Both the position numbers and the translations under genes were made by a program. 64,000 nucleotides of DNA from a virus (Duplodnaviria; Caudoviricetes): the IMG/VR virus record IMGVR_UViG_3300032038_000068, positions 4,477 to 68,476 of that record; one strand, given 5' to 3'. Below, one piece after another: positions 44,753-54,013 of the stretch (position 1 is its first letter; each line of letters opens with the position of its first letter). Under the pieces are notes generated by a model. The model saw only the letters and a program-made list of their open reading frames with translations. It was not told the origin of the DNA and did no database searches.

Positions 44753-45439
44753 ATGGAAATCGAAAAAATCGTTTCTACCGTGCAGTCGAAAGTGGGAAAC
44801 ACCGACTTTTCAGCACAGACCATCAAGAAGTACGTTGAGTTGAACCCCGTTGCCGATGGACAAGAGCCTGACGAGGCATACTTTACAAAGGCAGTGTCAT
44901 TCTTCCAAGGGATGCAGGGTCAGTACAACCACGACTTCTCGACCAAGTTCGCGGAGGCAAAGAAAAACCTGCTTACCGAGGACACGTTCAAGGACATGTC
45001 TGCAGAGCAGATTGCAGAGATCAAGACGTTGTTGGAGGGATTGAAACCCAACCCCGCTCCGCAACCGCAGGAAAGTGAGGAGGTCAAGGCTCTCAAGGAG
45101 CAGTTGAAACAACTCACCGACCGACTTGATTCAAGCGACAAGGCAAAGCAACATGCCGAGGTTCTCCAGAAGGTGAAAGCCGAGATGAAGAAGCAGAAGG
45201 CAAATGACGACTACGTCCTTGAAAAGACTCTTTCCAATGCTCAGTTCGATGAGACGAAGTCCATTGAGGAGCTGACGAACGAGTTTCTGGCGAAGTACGA
45301 TGCCGAGTATACCGCATGTCGCGGAACAGGCGCACCACCGAGGAACAGTACTCCCGGTAACAGCGGTCAGGGGAACACATGGCTTGACCAGCAGTTCGAG
45401 AAGAAGAAAGCCAAGGAAGGTTGGGGTAAGAAAGGTTGA
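44753..45439 (+). CDS. Capsid scaffolding protein
   Basis: Coiled-coil, acidic, Pro-rich linker, upstream of head genes. Confidence 0.7.
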   Translation: MEIEKIVSTVQSKVGNTDFSAQTIKKYVELNPVADGQEPDEAYFTKAVSFFQGMQGQYNHDFSTKFAEAKKNLLTEDTFKDMSAEQIAEIKTLLEGLKPNPAPQPQESEEVKALKEQLKQLTDRLDSSDKAKQHAEVLQKVKAEMKKQKANDDYVLEKTLSNAQFDETKSIEELTNEFLAKYDAEYTACRGTGAPPRNSTPGNSGQGNTWLDQQFEKKKAKEGWGKKG

Positions 45440-45499
45440 GTACAGACCCGCTTAGTGAGTTTTATTTAGTTTTCAGGATTAACAAAAAGCACGAAGAAA

Positions 45500-45988
45500 A
45501 TGAAACAGGATTTTCAGATCGGTAATTCGTTCGATTCGCAGACCGTAAGTCTTGGTCATGCCAAGAAGGTATGGCGTCGCATTGATGAGCAGCTCCCTGG
45601 CGGCTACCATGTGACGAACATGAGCGACTTCGCTTCTGACGGATTGATTCAGGCTGGTATGGCTGTCGTTAAGGACACAACCAGCGGTGCTGATGCCCGC
45701 GACGTAAAGGTGCTGACATGGGCGCAGATCAAGACTGCGGTCACAGGTCAGTCTCCCGCAGGTATCGACTCTCTCAGCATCATCGGCTTCACACAGGAGG
45801 ATGTTCCCGTGATTCAGCATGGTTCGGGCGGCTCTGCCACCTACAACTACGGCACTTGCAACATCATCGTGAAGGGCGAGATCTACGGCTATATGCTCGG
45901 TGCTACCGTAACCGATGCCGCCACCATCTCAGCAGCCATTAAGGGCATGACACAGAAGAACGGCCTTGCAATCCGCGTGATTGACTAA
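45500..45988 (+). CDS. Head decoration / capsid cement protein
   Basis: Between scaffold and major capsid gene; beta-rich. Confidence 0.6.
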   Translation: MKQDFQIGNSFDSQTVSLGHAKKVWRRIDEQLPGGYHVTNMSDFASDGLIQAGMAVVKDTTSGADARDVKVLTWAQIKTAVTGQSPAGIDSLSIIGFTQEDVPVIQHGSGGSATYNYGTCNIIVKGEIYGYMLGATVTDAATISAAIKGMTQKNGLAIRVID

Positions 45989-46022
45989 GCCAAGTAATTA
46001 ACCATTAAAAGATTAGAAGATT

Positions 46023-47216
46023 ATGAGAACTATTCCCGTAACATTGCGTGACATCATGTCACTTGGTCTTGGTGGTGCAACTTGGCAGCAGTTCGTTGAC
46101 AAGTACGAGGAGAAGTACGATGCAGTCAGCATTGACGGTTTCGATTTCGACCCCATCACCATCGGATATACATTTGCGCAGCTTGTAAGCAAGACTGCCG
46201 CAACAGTCCTTCCAACCTACGTTGACCCCGAGTCAGAGGGCTTCGAGATGCCGCTCGGAACAGCCGAGGGTATCACTGGCAACATCCCGACACAGAAGTT
46301 GTTCTACTCTGTGAACCGTGTTGTTGTCCGCGAACAGATGCAGCTTGCACAGCGTTTCGGTGCCTTGGCATTGAACGATGACATGCGCGACATCATGTTC
46401 AAGTTGCTCGATGAGGGTACTGACGGTCTGATTCAGGCATTCTACAATGCACTGAACCATCAGCGTCATCAGGTGGTTTCAACAGGTCAGTTCCAGATCA
46501 CCGCAACCAACAACCCGAGAGGTATCAAGGGTGTGACCATCGGTTTCGGTGTTCCGTCTGCAAACATCGACGCTCTGACCTCTACCGCCCGTTGGTGGAC
46601 TAACGTAAGCCACACCACAAGCAATCAGGGTTCTGCATCAGACCCAATCAAGTACATGCAGGACAGAGTGAAGTACATCCGTCGCACGGGTCACTACTAT
46701 GGTCCTCTCCGTCTTGAGTTGAGTCAGGACTTGTGGGATGACCTGCTCACCCACACCGCAGTATTGCAGAAGATCGGCTACAACCTCGTTCCGACCGCTG
46801 CAAGTGCAGCTATCGCACAGAGCGTTGGTGAGAACGCAGGTGACGACCAGAAGAAGGAAATCATCCGCAAGCTCATCAAGGTTGACGAGATCGTGACTCG
46901 CGACACCTATGCTTACGTTTCTGCTCCCGACACCACGGGTTCAAACGCTCCCGACCTCGTTACCACTCAGGTGGAGAACTTCAAGAAGGAGAACATTGCG
47001 TTCATCCCGACAGGAAAGATCGGTGGCATCCAGGGTGTTCAGCCTCTCTCAATGGGCTACGATGCAAGCGACATCGCCTATGCAATGGGTAATCGTCTGC
47101 TGATTGAGCAGGAGGGTATTCCTCGCACTCATAGCATCAACGTGAACGGTGAGATGGCACAGCTTTGTGTTCCTTCTGCCGTACGTCAGATGTTCATCTC
47201 AACAGTAACCGTTTAA
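46023..47216 (+). CDS. Major capsid protein
   Basis: 397 aa in canonical position; size and composition of HK97-fold MCP. Confidence 0.85.
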   Translation: MRTIPVTLRDIMSLGLGGATWQQFVDKYEEKYDAVSIDGFDFDPITIGYTFAQLVSKTAATVLPTYVDPESEGFEMPLGTAEGITGNIPTQKLFYSVNRVVVREQMQLAQRFGALALNDDMRDIMFKLLDEGTDGLIQAFYNALNHQRHQVVSTGQFQITATNNPRGIKGVTIGFGVPSANIDALTSTARWWTNVSHTTSNQGSASDPIKYMQDRVKYIRRTGHYYGPLRLELSQDLWDDLLTHTAVLQKIGYNLVPTAASAAIAQSVGENAGDDQKKEIIRKLIKVDEIVTRDTYAYVSAPDTTGSNAPDLVTTQVENFKKENIAFIPTGKIGGIQGVQPLSMGYDASDIAYAMGNRLLIEQEGIPRTHSINVNGEMAQLCVPSAVRQMFISTVTV

Positions 47217-47227
47217 ACCTGTACGTT

Positions 47228-47587
47228 ATGACTTACGACTCGACCGTTACATTAGGGGATTTCCTCAAGAGTATCAACACTTCATTGATTACCGATGAGG
47301 CAGTCTCATATGTCTGCATGAAGCGCATGATAGATTCCGATCTGCCATGTGCCGACATCAGTGAACGTGACCGCGACTTGGCTGAAGGTACGATGTACTA
47401 CTGGTTGTCAAACCTTCCCGTGGGAGGTTCTACTGAAAAGGTCAGCGATGGCGGTTGGAGTCATTCTGAAGGTGGATGGACGGTATCCAAGACGAACATC
47501 GATGCATGGTTGAAAAAATACCGTGACCTGTTCGCCAAGTGGGACGAGAAGCCGATGGGCAGTACCATAAGAATCATCAATTTCTGA
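47228..47587 (+). CDS. Head-tail adaptor
   Basis: Position after MCP; SEKVSDGGWSHS. Confidence 0.6.
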   Translation: MTYDSTVTLGDFLKSINTSLITDEAVSYVCMKRMIDSDLPCADISERDRDLAEGTMYYWLSNLPVGGSTEKVSDGGWSHSEGGWTVSKTNIDAWLKKYRDLFAKWDEKPMGSTIRIINF

Positions 47588-47588
47588 A

Positions 47589-47996
47589 ATGGGCAGATTA
47601 GGCAAAAACCACATACGATTCCCTCACCGCTGCGAGATCTACTCCATAGGTGAAGTCACTCCCTTCAGCGAGGGAGAGAAAGTAACCTTGTGGAAGGGTC
47701 GTTGCAGGAAAGAGAGCAACACAAGTGTGCGTACGTTCTACGGGCAAGACCATGTGTTCAAGTCCGACTACCGTGTGCAGCTTGGCTCTCTTGTCGGTGG
47801 GAAGCTGGATGGTGACGTTGACTTCGCCCATGACGGAAAGGAAGGTGATGAATGCGGTGCTGTGGTCAAAGGCATCAAGTCCGGGATGTTCATCGATGTT
47901 ACCGACTTGAGCGGTACAACGGTAGGAATGAGGGTTAGCGACAGCTACGCAGGAGATTTGGGAACAACGGTTTATTGTGACAATCCAAAGAACTGA
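47589..47996 (+). CDS. Head closure / neck protein
   Basis: Synteny. Confidence 0.55.
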   Translation: MGRLGKNHIRFPHRCEIYSIGEVTPFSEGEKVTLWKGRCRKESNTSVRTFYGQDHVFKSDYRVQLGSLVGGKLDGDVDFAHDGKEGDECGAVVKGIKSGMFIDVTDLSGTTVGMRVSDSYAGDLGTTVYCDNPKN

Positions 47997-48001
47997 CGGA
48001 T

Positions 48002-48385
48002 ATGGCAGATACACACTACGAACAGATTCTCAGGATGTTGTACGACAAGGTCTCTGGTCTTACGGACAAGGTGTTCACGAACACCCGCCCTCTCGCATAT
48101 GAGCAGATGGATGACTTCATTGTCGTCAGGCTTGTCAGCGAAGACCCGTATGCCGACACGCACAATATGGGATATGTCCAGTACCACATCTATGTCCGTG
48201 ACCGACAGGGAGGGATTGAAAACGTCCCGAAGATGGGCGAGTTGGTGGAAGGTGTCAAGTCACTCCATCCGTTCAACAATGCCTATGCATCCTGCAACTC
48301 CAAGCCTACCCAACTTCAGAGTAAGTCTGACGGAATGGGATTCCACGTTACGGTTATTCAATTTCGTTTAGTTATCAAACTTTAA
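48002..48385 (+). CDS. Tail terminator-like protein
   Basis: Synteny; directly upstream of the major tail protein. Confidence 0.55.
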   Translation: MADTHYEQILRMLYDKVSGLTDKVFTNTRPLAYEQMDDFIVVRLVSEDPYADTHNMGYVQYHIYVRDRQGGIENVPKMGELVEGVKSLHPFNNAYASCNSKPTQLQSKSDGMGFHVTVIQFRLVIKL

Positions 48386-48399
48386 AAAACAATACGGAA

Positions 48400-48987
48400 A
48401 TGGCAAATATTGTTTCTACAACCAAAGATACGCTTCGTACCATCTTTGATAAGGTCAACCGCGTATACTATTTCGCTGACAACAAGACCACTGGTGGTGC
48501 AGTCAAGGCTCTTGGCGCACTCACTGGCGGTATTGAGTTCCCCGTTCTTGAGGACGGTGTTACCTTTGACACTGGCGAGCCTGATACATCAGAGGTAAAG
48601 CTGACTGACGGAACGACTTGGACATCCAAGGTTTCTCAGGGTGAGAGCGACATCTCATTCCAGGTTTCTTCAGTTCATGCCACCATCAATGAGATCCTTA
48701 TGGAGAAGAAGACCGATGCTGCTATCAGCTCTGCAGTCCAGATCGGTGACTTTGACTATACTGGTCAGGGTTATGCTCTTGCACCGAAGAAGATTTCAGG
48801 CGCACTCGTCATGGTTTCTTCCGACAGCCTCACTGGTGTATATCTTCCCGATGTTGAGATGTTCGCATCATTCAACGGTGAAGGTGGCGATGACTCCACT
48901 GGCTACTACAACGTGAGCGTTACCCCGCTGACCGATGCCAATGGTGCAGCATTCTACATCCTGAACGGAACGGCACACTCTGCTTAA
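48400..48987 (+). CDS. Major tail (tube) protein
   Basis: 195 aa, beta-rich and acidic, followed by terminator and chaperone gene. Confidence 0.75.
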   Translation: MANIVSTTKDTLRTIFDKVNRVYYFADNKTTGGAVKALGALTGGIEFPVLEDGVTFDTGEPDTSEVKLTDGTTWTSKVSQGESDISFQVSSVHATINEILMEKKTDAAISSAVQIGDFDYTGQGYALAPKKISGALVMVSSDSLTGVYLPDVEMFASFNGEGGDDSTGYYNVSVTPLTDANGAAFYILNGTAHSA

Positions 48988-49010
48988 CCTGATGTATTCC
49001 ATGATAGATA

Positions 49011-49041
49011 GGGGGTGGGTGTATGCCCTACCCCCTTTATT
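49011..49041 (+). terminator. Intrinsic terminator after tail tube gene
   Basis: GGGGGTGGG-TGTATG-CCCTACCCCC-TTTATT. Confidence 0.7.
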
Positions 49042-49050
49042 GTTTTACAT

Positions 49051-49584
49051 ATGAAGAAAAAAGGAAAAGTCCTCAACGAGGCAACTAACGAAGACCAGCG
49101 GATGTTGAAGTCCGTCACGAAGAACTATGCGGATGTCGTGGAGGTCAGGGGAAGGAAGTTCAAGGTCAAGTGGATGCACCCGGCAACGGCAGACATGATC
49201 ACATGCCTAATGCTGAAGAAAGGGAACGATAGCAAGATTCTCTCCCAAGGTGCTGCACTGATTGTGCTGAACGGTTTTTGGAAGAGTCACCTCTTCTATT
49301 GGCTACTGTGGAGATGGTTCTACTACATCAAGCAGTACAACAGCGAGGAACTTACTCCCTTGTTCGAGATGGCTCAAAAAAAAACTCAACAGCATCAGGT
49401 AACGGCTTACTTGAACGCTACAATATTGTTGACCGCGTTAAACGACGCAAAGAAAACGATGACGAAGGAGGAAGCCGAGCGTACCCTTCGCGCACTCAGT
49501 ACGGCCAACGCTGGGAAATCGCCCAGAAGCACGGAATCGACACCGGGCCGCTCAAGTTCCTCGGAATCCCCATCAGCGGGATGA
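49051..49584 (+). CDS. Tail assembly chaperone (G-like)
   Basis: After tail tube; start ATG 49051; contains A9 slippery run at 49376-49384. Confidence 0.75.
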   Translation: MKKKGKVLNEATNEDQRMLKSVTKNYADVVEVRGRKFKVKWMHPATADMITCLMLKKGNDSKILSQGAALIVLNGFWKSHLFYWLLWRWFYYIKQYNSEELTPLFEMAQKKTQQHQVTAYLNATILLTALNDAKKTMTKEEAERTLRALSTANAGKSPRSTESTPGRSSSSESPSAG

Positions 49585-49850
49585 TGTACTACATGAACTG
49601 GGTGCTTACGAATGCGCAGATTGAACTGCTCACTGCAGATGTCAGCGTCATTGATTACGGAAGGACTAAGAAGAACAGGAAGAAGTACGATTTTGATGAC
49701 ACCGATGCGGATGAGAATCAGGTCAAGAAGGCTGGTCAGGACTGGATAGAGAGATACGGAACGGAAGAAGGTGCAGGCACGAACCTTACGTTGAATGACA
49801 TCTTCCGTGGCGGTAATATAAATGCCGATGTTGGTGTTAAACTTGGTTAG
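49051..49850 (+). CDS. Tail assembly chaperone frameshift product (GT-like, -1 shift near 49377-49383)
   Basis: The -1 frame is open across the A9 run to 49850; lambda G/GT paradigm. Confidence 0.7.
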
Positions 49851-49854
49851 AGAT

Positions 49855-50382
49855 ATGAATGATACGAACACTTTATTGATAAGGAAGGGTGATGACGGTG
49901 AGGTTGTCAACACCTATACCGAATGGGGCATCGTGTGCGCCAAGGTGCCGTTCAGGGCAGGTGGCACTACGAAGAAACTTGCCACGCGTGATTGGCCTGA
50001 TGAGAACGGAACGGACACGTTCATACCGACTCGGTTGTGTATGGAATCATATGATGCTGAGTTCGAGTTCGCATACAAAGGTGAGGAACTTGCTATAAAC
50101 ATCATGAATCTCAGTATGGCACTCACGCAGATAGATGCCTTCAAGAAATGGCTCACTGGAAATGACGGTCAGTCGGATGAAGGCACTGGTGCAGACCTTA
50201 CTATCTACTCCCCGTTCAGCACGATTGGTCGCAAAGGATGTTACCTTGTAAGCATCAGCGATGAAGAGCCTTGCGTGATTGCGAAAGGCAGGGGTACTGA
50301 CATTTACAATGAGAATGTCGTGACCTTCAAGGCAACATTCAAGGTCACCGACCCGGTCACCAACGTAACGCTTACTGAGTGA
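49855..50382 (+). CDS. Distal-tail-like structural protein
   Basis: Tail cluster; start MNDTNT. Confidence 0.5.
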   Translation: MNDTNTLLIRKGDDGEVVNTYTEWGIVCAKVPFRAGGTTKKLATRDWPDENGTDTFIPTRLCMESYDAEFEFAYKGEELAINIMNLSMALTQIDAFKKWLTGNDGQSDEGTGADLTIYSPFSTIGRKGCYLVSISDEEPCVIAKGRGTDIYNENVVTFKATFKVTDPVTNVTLTE

Positions 50383-50903
50383 TGGCTGACAACGCAAAGG
50401 TTCTTGACAACGGATTTGCAAAGGGTCTTGAGATGATTCAGGATCACCTTGTAAACTCGCTCATCCAGTCGGTGAAACAGCTCCTTGATGAACTTCCGAG
50501 GAAGAAGGGATATTTCGGTTTTACCGGGCAGACGCAGACATCATACATGGGAGGTGTCTATGTCAATGGGAGCCTGCGCTACATTATAGGTCAGCAAGTA
50601 TGGACTATAAGGCCGAGAAGGGGAAAGATACCTAAGGGCAAGACTGCGTTTTTGAAGAACCCTTATGAAGGAGAGGAACGTGCAGTACATGGCGAGGTTG
50701 ACATCAGCAACCCGAGCGGTCGGCAGACATCCCTCAATTTCCTTCAAGGCTATAGGGCGCAGGCAAAAGGTCTTACGGTTGTCATCACTACGGGTACTGA
50801 GTATTCCGAATTCCTTGAAACCATCAAGGGGATGGATGTACTTACAAGGACGTTCACCGATGCTCCTAAAGTCCTGAACTCAAACTGGAAACCTATACCA
50901 TGA
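50382..50903 (+). CDS. Tail completion / neck protein (HK97 gp10-like position)
   Basis: TGQTQTS, VITTGTEYSEFLE..G.DVL. Confidence 0.55.
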   Translation: MADNAKVLDNGFAKGLEMIQDHLVNSLIQSVKQLLDELPRKKGYFGFTGQTQTSYMGGVYVNGSLRYIIGQQVWTIRPRRGKIPKGKTAFLKNPYEGEERAVHGEVDISNPSGRQTSLNFLQGYRAQAKGLTVVITTGTEYSEFLETIKGMDVLTRTFTDAPKVLNSNWKPIP

Positions 50904-50914
50904 TTTCTTTGGGG

Positions 50915-51058
50915 GAAGAAAAGAAAAATCCCCCGACATTAATAAAGACTCTCACATACATTATTAATATAGCAACCGTACAGCCGCCTGCCGGGGGATG
51001 ATGCCCTGTCTTGCGGAAGTACGGTTTCGTATGTATGCGAGAATCGGGTGCAAAGATA
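50915..51058 (-). ncRNA. Candidate structured RNA antisense to the tail operon
   Basis: -7 element CAAAGATA 51051-51058; nested inverted repeats whose mismatches are G-U pairs on the minus strand; U-rich 3' end. Confidence 0.45.
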
Positions 51059-51078
51059 ATAAATTATAATCAAAGCGT

Positions 51079-51324
51079 ATGAAAGTTTACGAATTTTTAT
51101 CTTTACACAAGGAATTTTTGAAAATGCTGCACAGTTTCGGCATCAGTTTTGACGATTGCAAGTGGGTGGAACTTTACCACGAATACAAGAAAATGAAGGA
51201 TATGGATCACAAGATGGTCTATATCGTTGCTTTTCTTTCGGAAAAGTATGAGATATGTGAAAGAAAAGTGTATAAAATCATCAAGTCTATGGAACGTGAC
51301 TGCATGATTGATGCAGTGGGATAA
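51079..51324 (+). CDS. Small HTH-like protein
   Basis: IVAFLSEKYEICERKVYKIIK HTH-like C-terminus. Confidence 0.7.
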   Translation: MKVYEFLSLHKEFLKMLHSFGISFDDCKWVELYHEYKKMKDMDHKMVYIVAFLSEKYEICERKVYKIIKSMERDCMIDAVG

Positions 51325-51334
51325 GCCGTAAATG

Positions 51335-51390
51335 TTTGGATTTTGTTTGTGTGGGAACTATCTTTGCCAGTGTCAAAGCGCGATGACACA
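51335..51390 (+). promoter_or_regulatory. Promoter of the Gly-rich coiled-coil operon, with downstream palindrome
   Basis: TTTG 51335-51338, 20 nt spacer, TATCTTTG 51359-51366; GTGTCA-N8-TGACAC just downstream. Confidence 0.7.
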
Positions 51391-51426
51391 GTAAACCCTA
51401 TTATTAACATCACAAACACAAATTTT

Positions 51427-52377
51427 ATGGCAGAGATTTATTCAATCCCCGAATCATCCGCAAGCACTCCGCAGTTCACCATCCCTATCGGTGGAATGGG
51501 TGGAGGCGGTTTGTTCGGGAACGGCAACAACACCATCGGTGAACTTATCGGCCTTGCTATCGTTGCATCCATCTTCGGATGGGGTGGTAACGGGTTCGGC
51601 GGCTTCGGTGGCGGCAACGCAGGAGGCGCAGGTTTCCTCAGTAACCAAATCAGTAACGACTCGGGTCGTGAGCTTATCATGAACGCTATCAACTCACAGG
51701 GTGAGGCACAGCGTACAGCCGTTCAGACCCTCAGTTCGATGCTCGGTCAGGACTTCTCACTCGTCAACACGCAGATTCAGGGCATTCAGAACGCACTGAA
51801 CACAATCGGTGCCAACCAGGGCTTGAACGCATTGCAGGTCATCAACGCAATCCAGAGCGGAGATGCCAACCTCGCGGCTCAGTTCCAAAGCTGCTGCTGC
51901 CAGAACCAGTTGGCATTGAGCCAGGGTTTCTCGGGTGTTCAGCAGAGTCTTGCATCCAAGGCTGCAGCAGACCAGCTGGCAACATGTCAGCAGACATATG
52001 CCCTCACCGATGCGATGAACCGCAACTACGTTGCTCTTGACAACAAGATTGACGCACTCGAGTCAGACCGCAAGAACCGTGAGATTACGGCTCTTACCGC
52101 ACAGGTGCAGAAGCTGGAGTCCGAGAAGTATTCCGCAAGCCTTGTTCAGCAGGCAGTATCTCCCGTATTGGCTCAGTTGGCAGGTATCCAGAACGAGGTT
52201 GAGTCCATCAAGAGATGCCAGCCGCCCACCGTCACACTTCCGAACAACCAGTACACGGCTGTTCCTACGCTCTATGCGAACATCGGTGCTGACTTTGTTG
52301 CATCGTATTGGGCTAACCGACTCAGTGCAGCCACAACGCCCGCAACTGATGCAGCCGCAGGAGGTGGCGCAGCATAG
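51427..52377 (+). CDS. Gly-rich membrane segment plus long coiled-coil protein with CCC motif
   Basis: GELIGLAIVASIFGWGGNGFGG, QSCCCQ, Gln/Ala-rich heptads; start ATG 51427. Confidence 0.8.
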   Translation: MAEIYSIPESSASTPQFTIPIGGMGGGGLFGNGNNTIGELIGLAIVASIFGWGGNGFGGFGGGNAGGAGFLSNQISNDSGRELIMNAINSQGEAQRTAVQTLSSMLGQDFSLVNTQIQGIQNALNTIGANQGLNALQVINAIQSGDANLAAQFQSCCCQNQLALSQGFSGVQQSLASKAAADQLATCQQTYALTDAMNRNYVALDNKIDALESDRKNREITALTAQVQKLESEKYSASLVQQAVSPVLAQLAGIQNEVESIKRCQPPTVTLPNNQYTAVPTLYANIGADFVASYWANRLSAATTPATDAAAGGGAA

Positions 52378-52413
52378 TAATCAGAGAGTATCACTAATTA
52401 AAAAGTTAAAACT

Positions 52414-52917
52414 ATGGATTTCAATGCTTTGGGCGAAAGCAGCCCGATTTATGTCATTCGCAAGAAACCGTTTGAGTTCCTTACGGGAACGCTGAAATCG
52501 AAGGTTCAGAAACAGCCTTCCAATCCCTACATGCCACAGCCTACACCCCAACCGATAGACATCGTTGTGAATGTAGGTGGTAGTGACGAGACCGTTCCGA
52601 ACGTACCTGTAGGAATGGAGGTGGTCGAGTACAAGGGTTCATACTATAGCACGACATCCGAAGGTGCGCAGCAAGCCATCTCGGGACTGATGCAGATAGG
52701 ACGTGACGGACTTGACAACCAACAGTATTTCCGTTCGCTCATAGAAGAGGGTGAGAAAGCCATTGAAGGCATCAATCCTCAGTATGCAGAGGGTAAGCGT
52801 CAGGCGCGTGTAGTCAAGGAACTACAGGAACGTGCGGATGCGCAGGACAGGAAACTCGATGAGATACTGTCCTTCATGCGTGAGCTGTCGGGTTCGCCCA
52901 AAGACAAGAATCCCTAA
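52414..52917 (+). CDS. Hypothetical protein with C-terminal coiled coil
   Basis: ORF track; same operon. Confidence 0.8.
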   Translation: MDFNALGESSPIYVIRKKPFEFLTGTLKSKVQKQPSNPYMPQPTPQPIDIVVNVGGSDETVPNVPVGMEVVEYKGSYYSTTSEGAQQAISGLMQIGRDGLDNQQYFRSLIEEGEKAIEGINPQYAEGKRQARVVKELQERADAQDRKLDEILSFMRELSGSPKDKNP

Positions 52918-52928
52918 ACACTACGACT

Positions 52929-53120
52929 ATGATTATTATCAAGGACGAAGGCAAGGAGCAGATGCGCTCCAATATGCGTGAGGAGATGCGTCACGGATTC
53001 CGTGGAGGCGCACGAATGAGAGATGAGGAATCGTACAAGGAAGGGTACAAAAACGGATGGGAGGATGCAGAAGATGAGCATTACCGTCGCACCCGTGACT
53101 CCCGTGGAAGGTACATGTAA
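52929..53120 (+). CDS. Small Arg/Glu-rich protein
   Basis: Ends RRTRDSRGRYM. Confidence 0.75.
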   Translation: MIIIKDEGKEQMRSNMREEMRHGFRGGARMRDEESYKEGYKNGWEDAEDEHYRRTRDSRGRYM

Positions 53121-53127
53121 TTAACCG

Positions 53128-53165
53128 AAGGGCGGATAGAAGGACGACTTTTTATCTGCCCTTTC
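53128..53165 (+). terminator. Terminator-like hairpin inside the six-gene operon
   Basis: AAGGGCGGATAGAAGG-ACGA-CTTTTTATCTGCCCTT-TCT. Confidence 0.55.
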
Positions 53166-53180
53166 TAAAAAGGAAGGAAT

Positions 53181-53579
53181 ATGAAATACATAATGACAGA
53201 GGAAGAGGCGATATACATGCAGACCTATCAAGGTCATTTCTCGAGGAAACTGGCTGCATGGGCTATCTCAAACATGGAGATGAAAGACCCTGCAACGGGT
53301 ACGATGAAACGTGTGTCTATACGTTCGGCAGATGACGTATCGGAGATACTGAGGGCTAACGGAGTCAAGATACCAGAGGAGAGTAGGTATGACAGTTGGT
53401 ACGTTTTTATGATGTCGGTGGCTGATTACCCGAAGACACTCACAACTGACGAGATGCGTTCAAGCTACGTTGAGGAAACGATATGCGACCCCGATGGAAA
53501 CAGCGGAGATGTGCTTGCGTGTTTCGCAGCAAAGATGTGTAACGCAGGCATCCCTATCCATTGGGAAATGCTCATCTGA
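53181..53579 (+). CDS. Hypothetical protein
   Basis: HFSRKLAAWAISNM..; acidic D.DG near C-terminus. Confidence 0.75.
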   Translation: MKYIMTEEEAIYMQTYQGHFSRKLAAWAISNMEMKDPATGTMKRVSIRSADDVSEILRANGVKIPEESRYDSWYVFMMSVADYPKTLTTDEMRSSYVEETICDPDGNSGDVLACFAAKMCNAGIPIHWEMLI

Positions 53580-53585
53580 TAGCCT

Positions 53586-53981
53586 ATGCAGACCGATTAC
53601 TTGGACGTTGCAGGCAAATGGGGCATTGTCCTGTGCCACGACCTCAGAAGGCTCGATGAGTATGAGATGAGGCAGATGATGATGGCATTCGGCATGCACG
53701 GTGAGAGGATTGACAGGGCGATAGACGTTCTGCTATTCCATGAGAACACGGGTATGTGCATCAGCCGCCCAGGAATCCGCATGAGCCTTGTCTTCATAGG
53801 TGATGCAGATTCTCCCGAGCAGTGGTGGGACACTCTCGCCCATGAAGTCCTCGACCATGTGAAGGTCGATATTGCAAGTTACTACTATGTTCCGTGGAGG
53901 AGCGAGGACTCGGCATGGCTTACGGGCTATCTTATGCGTAAGTTGGTAAGGCTGTACGGAGAGCCTTGCAGTGAAGGATAG
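53586..53981 (+). CDS. Putative zinc metallopeptidase-like protein
   Basis: TLAHEVLDH plus downstream SEDSAWL.GY. Confidence 0.55.
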   Translation: MQTDYLDVAGKWGIVLCHDLRRLDEYEMRQMMMAFGMHGERIDRAIDVLLFHENTGMCISRPGIRMSLVFIGDADSPEQWWDTLAHEVLDHVKVDIASYYYVPWRSEDSAWLTGYLMRKLVRLYGEPCSEG

Positions 53982-54013
53982 GGACTGGCAACAATGTCAG
54001 TCCTTATTTTTTT

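Noticed and set aside
42772-47216. Introns or inteins in terL, portal or capsid genes
   Set aside because: ORFs are uninterrupted, of normal length, with no intein or embedded endonuclease motifs
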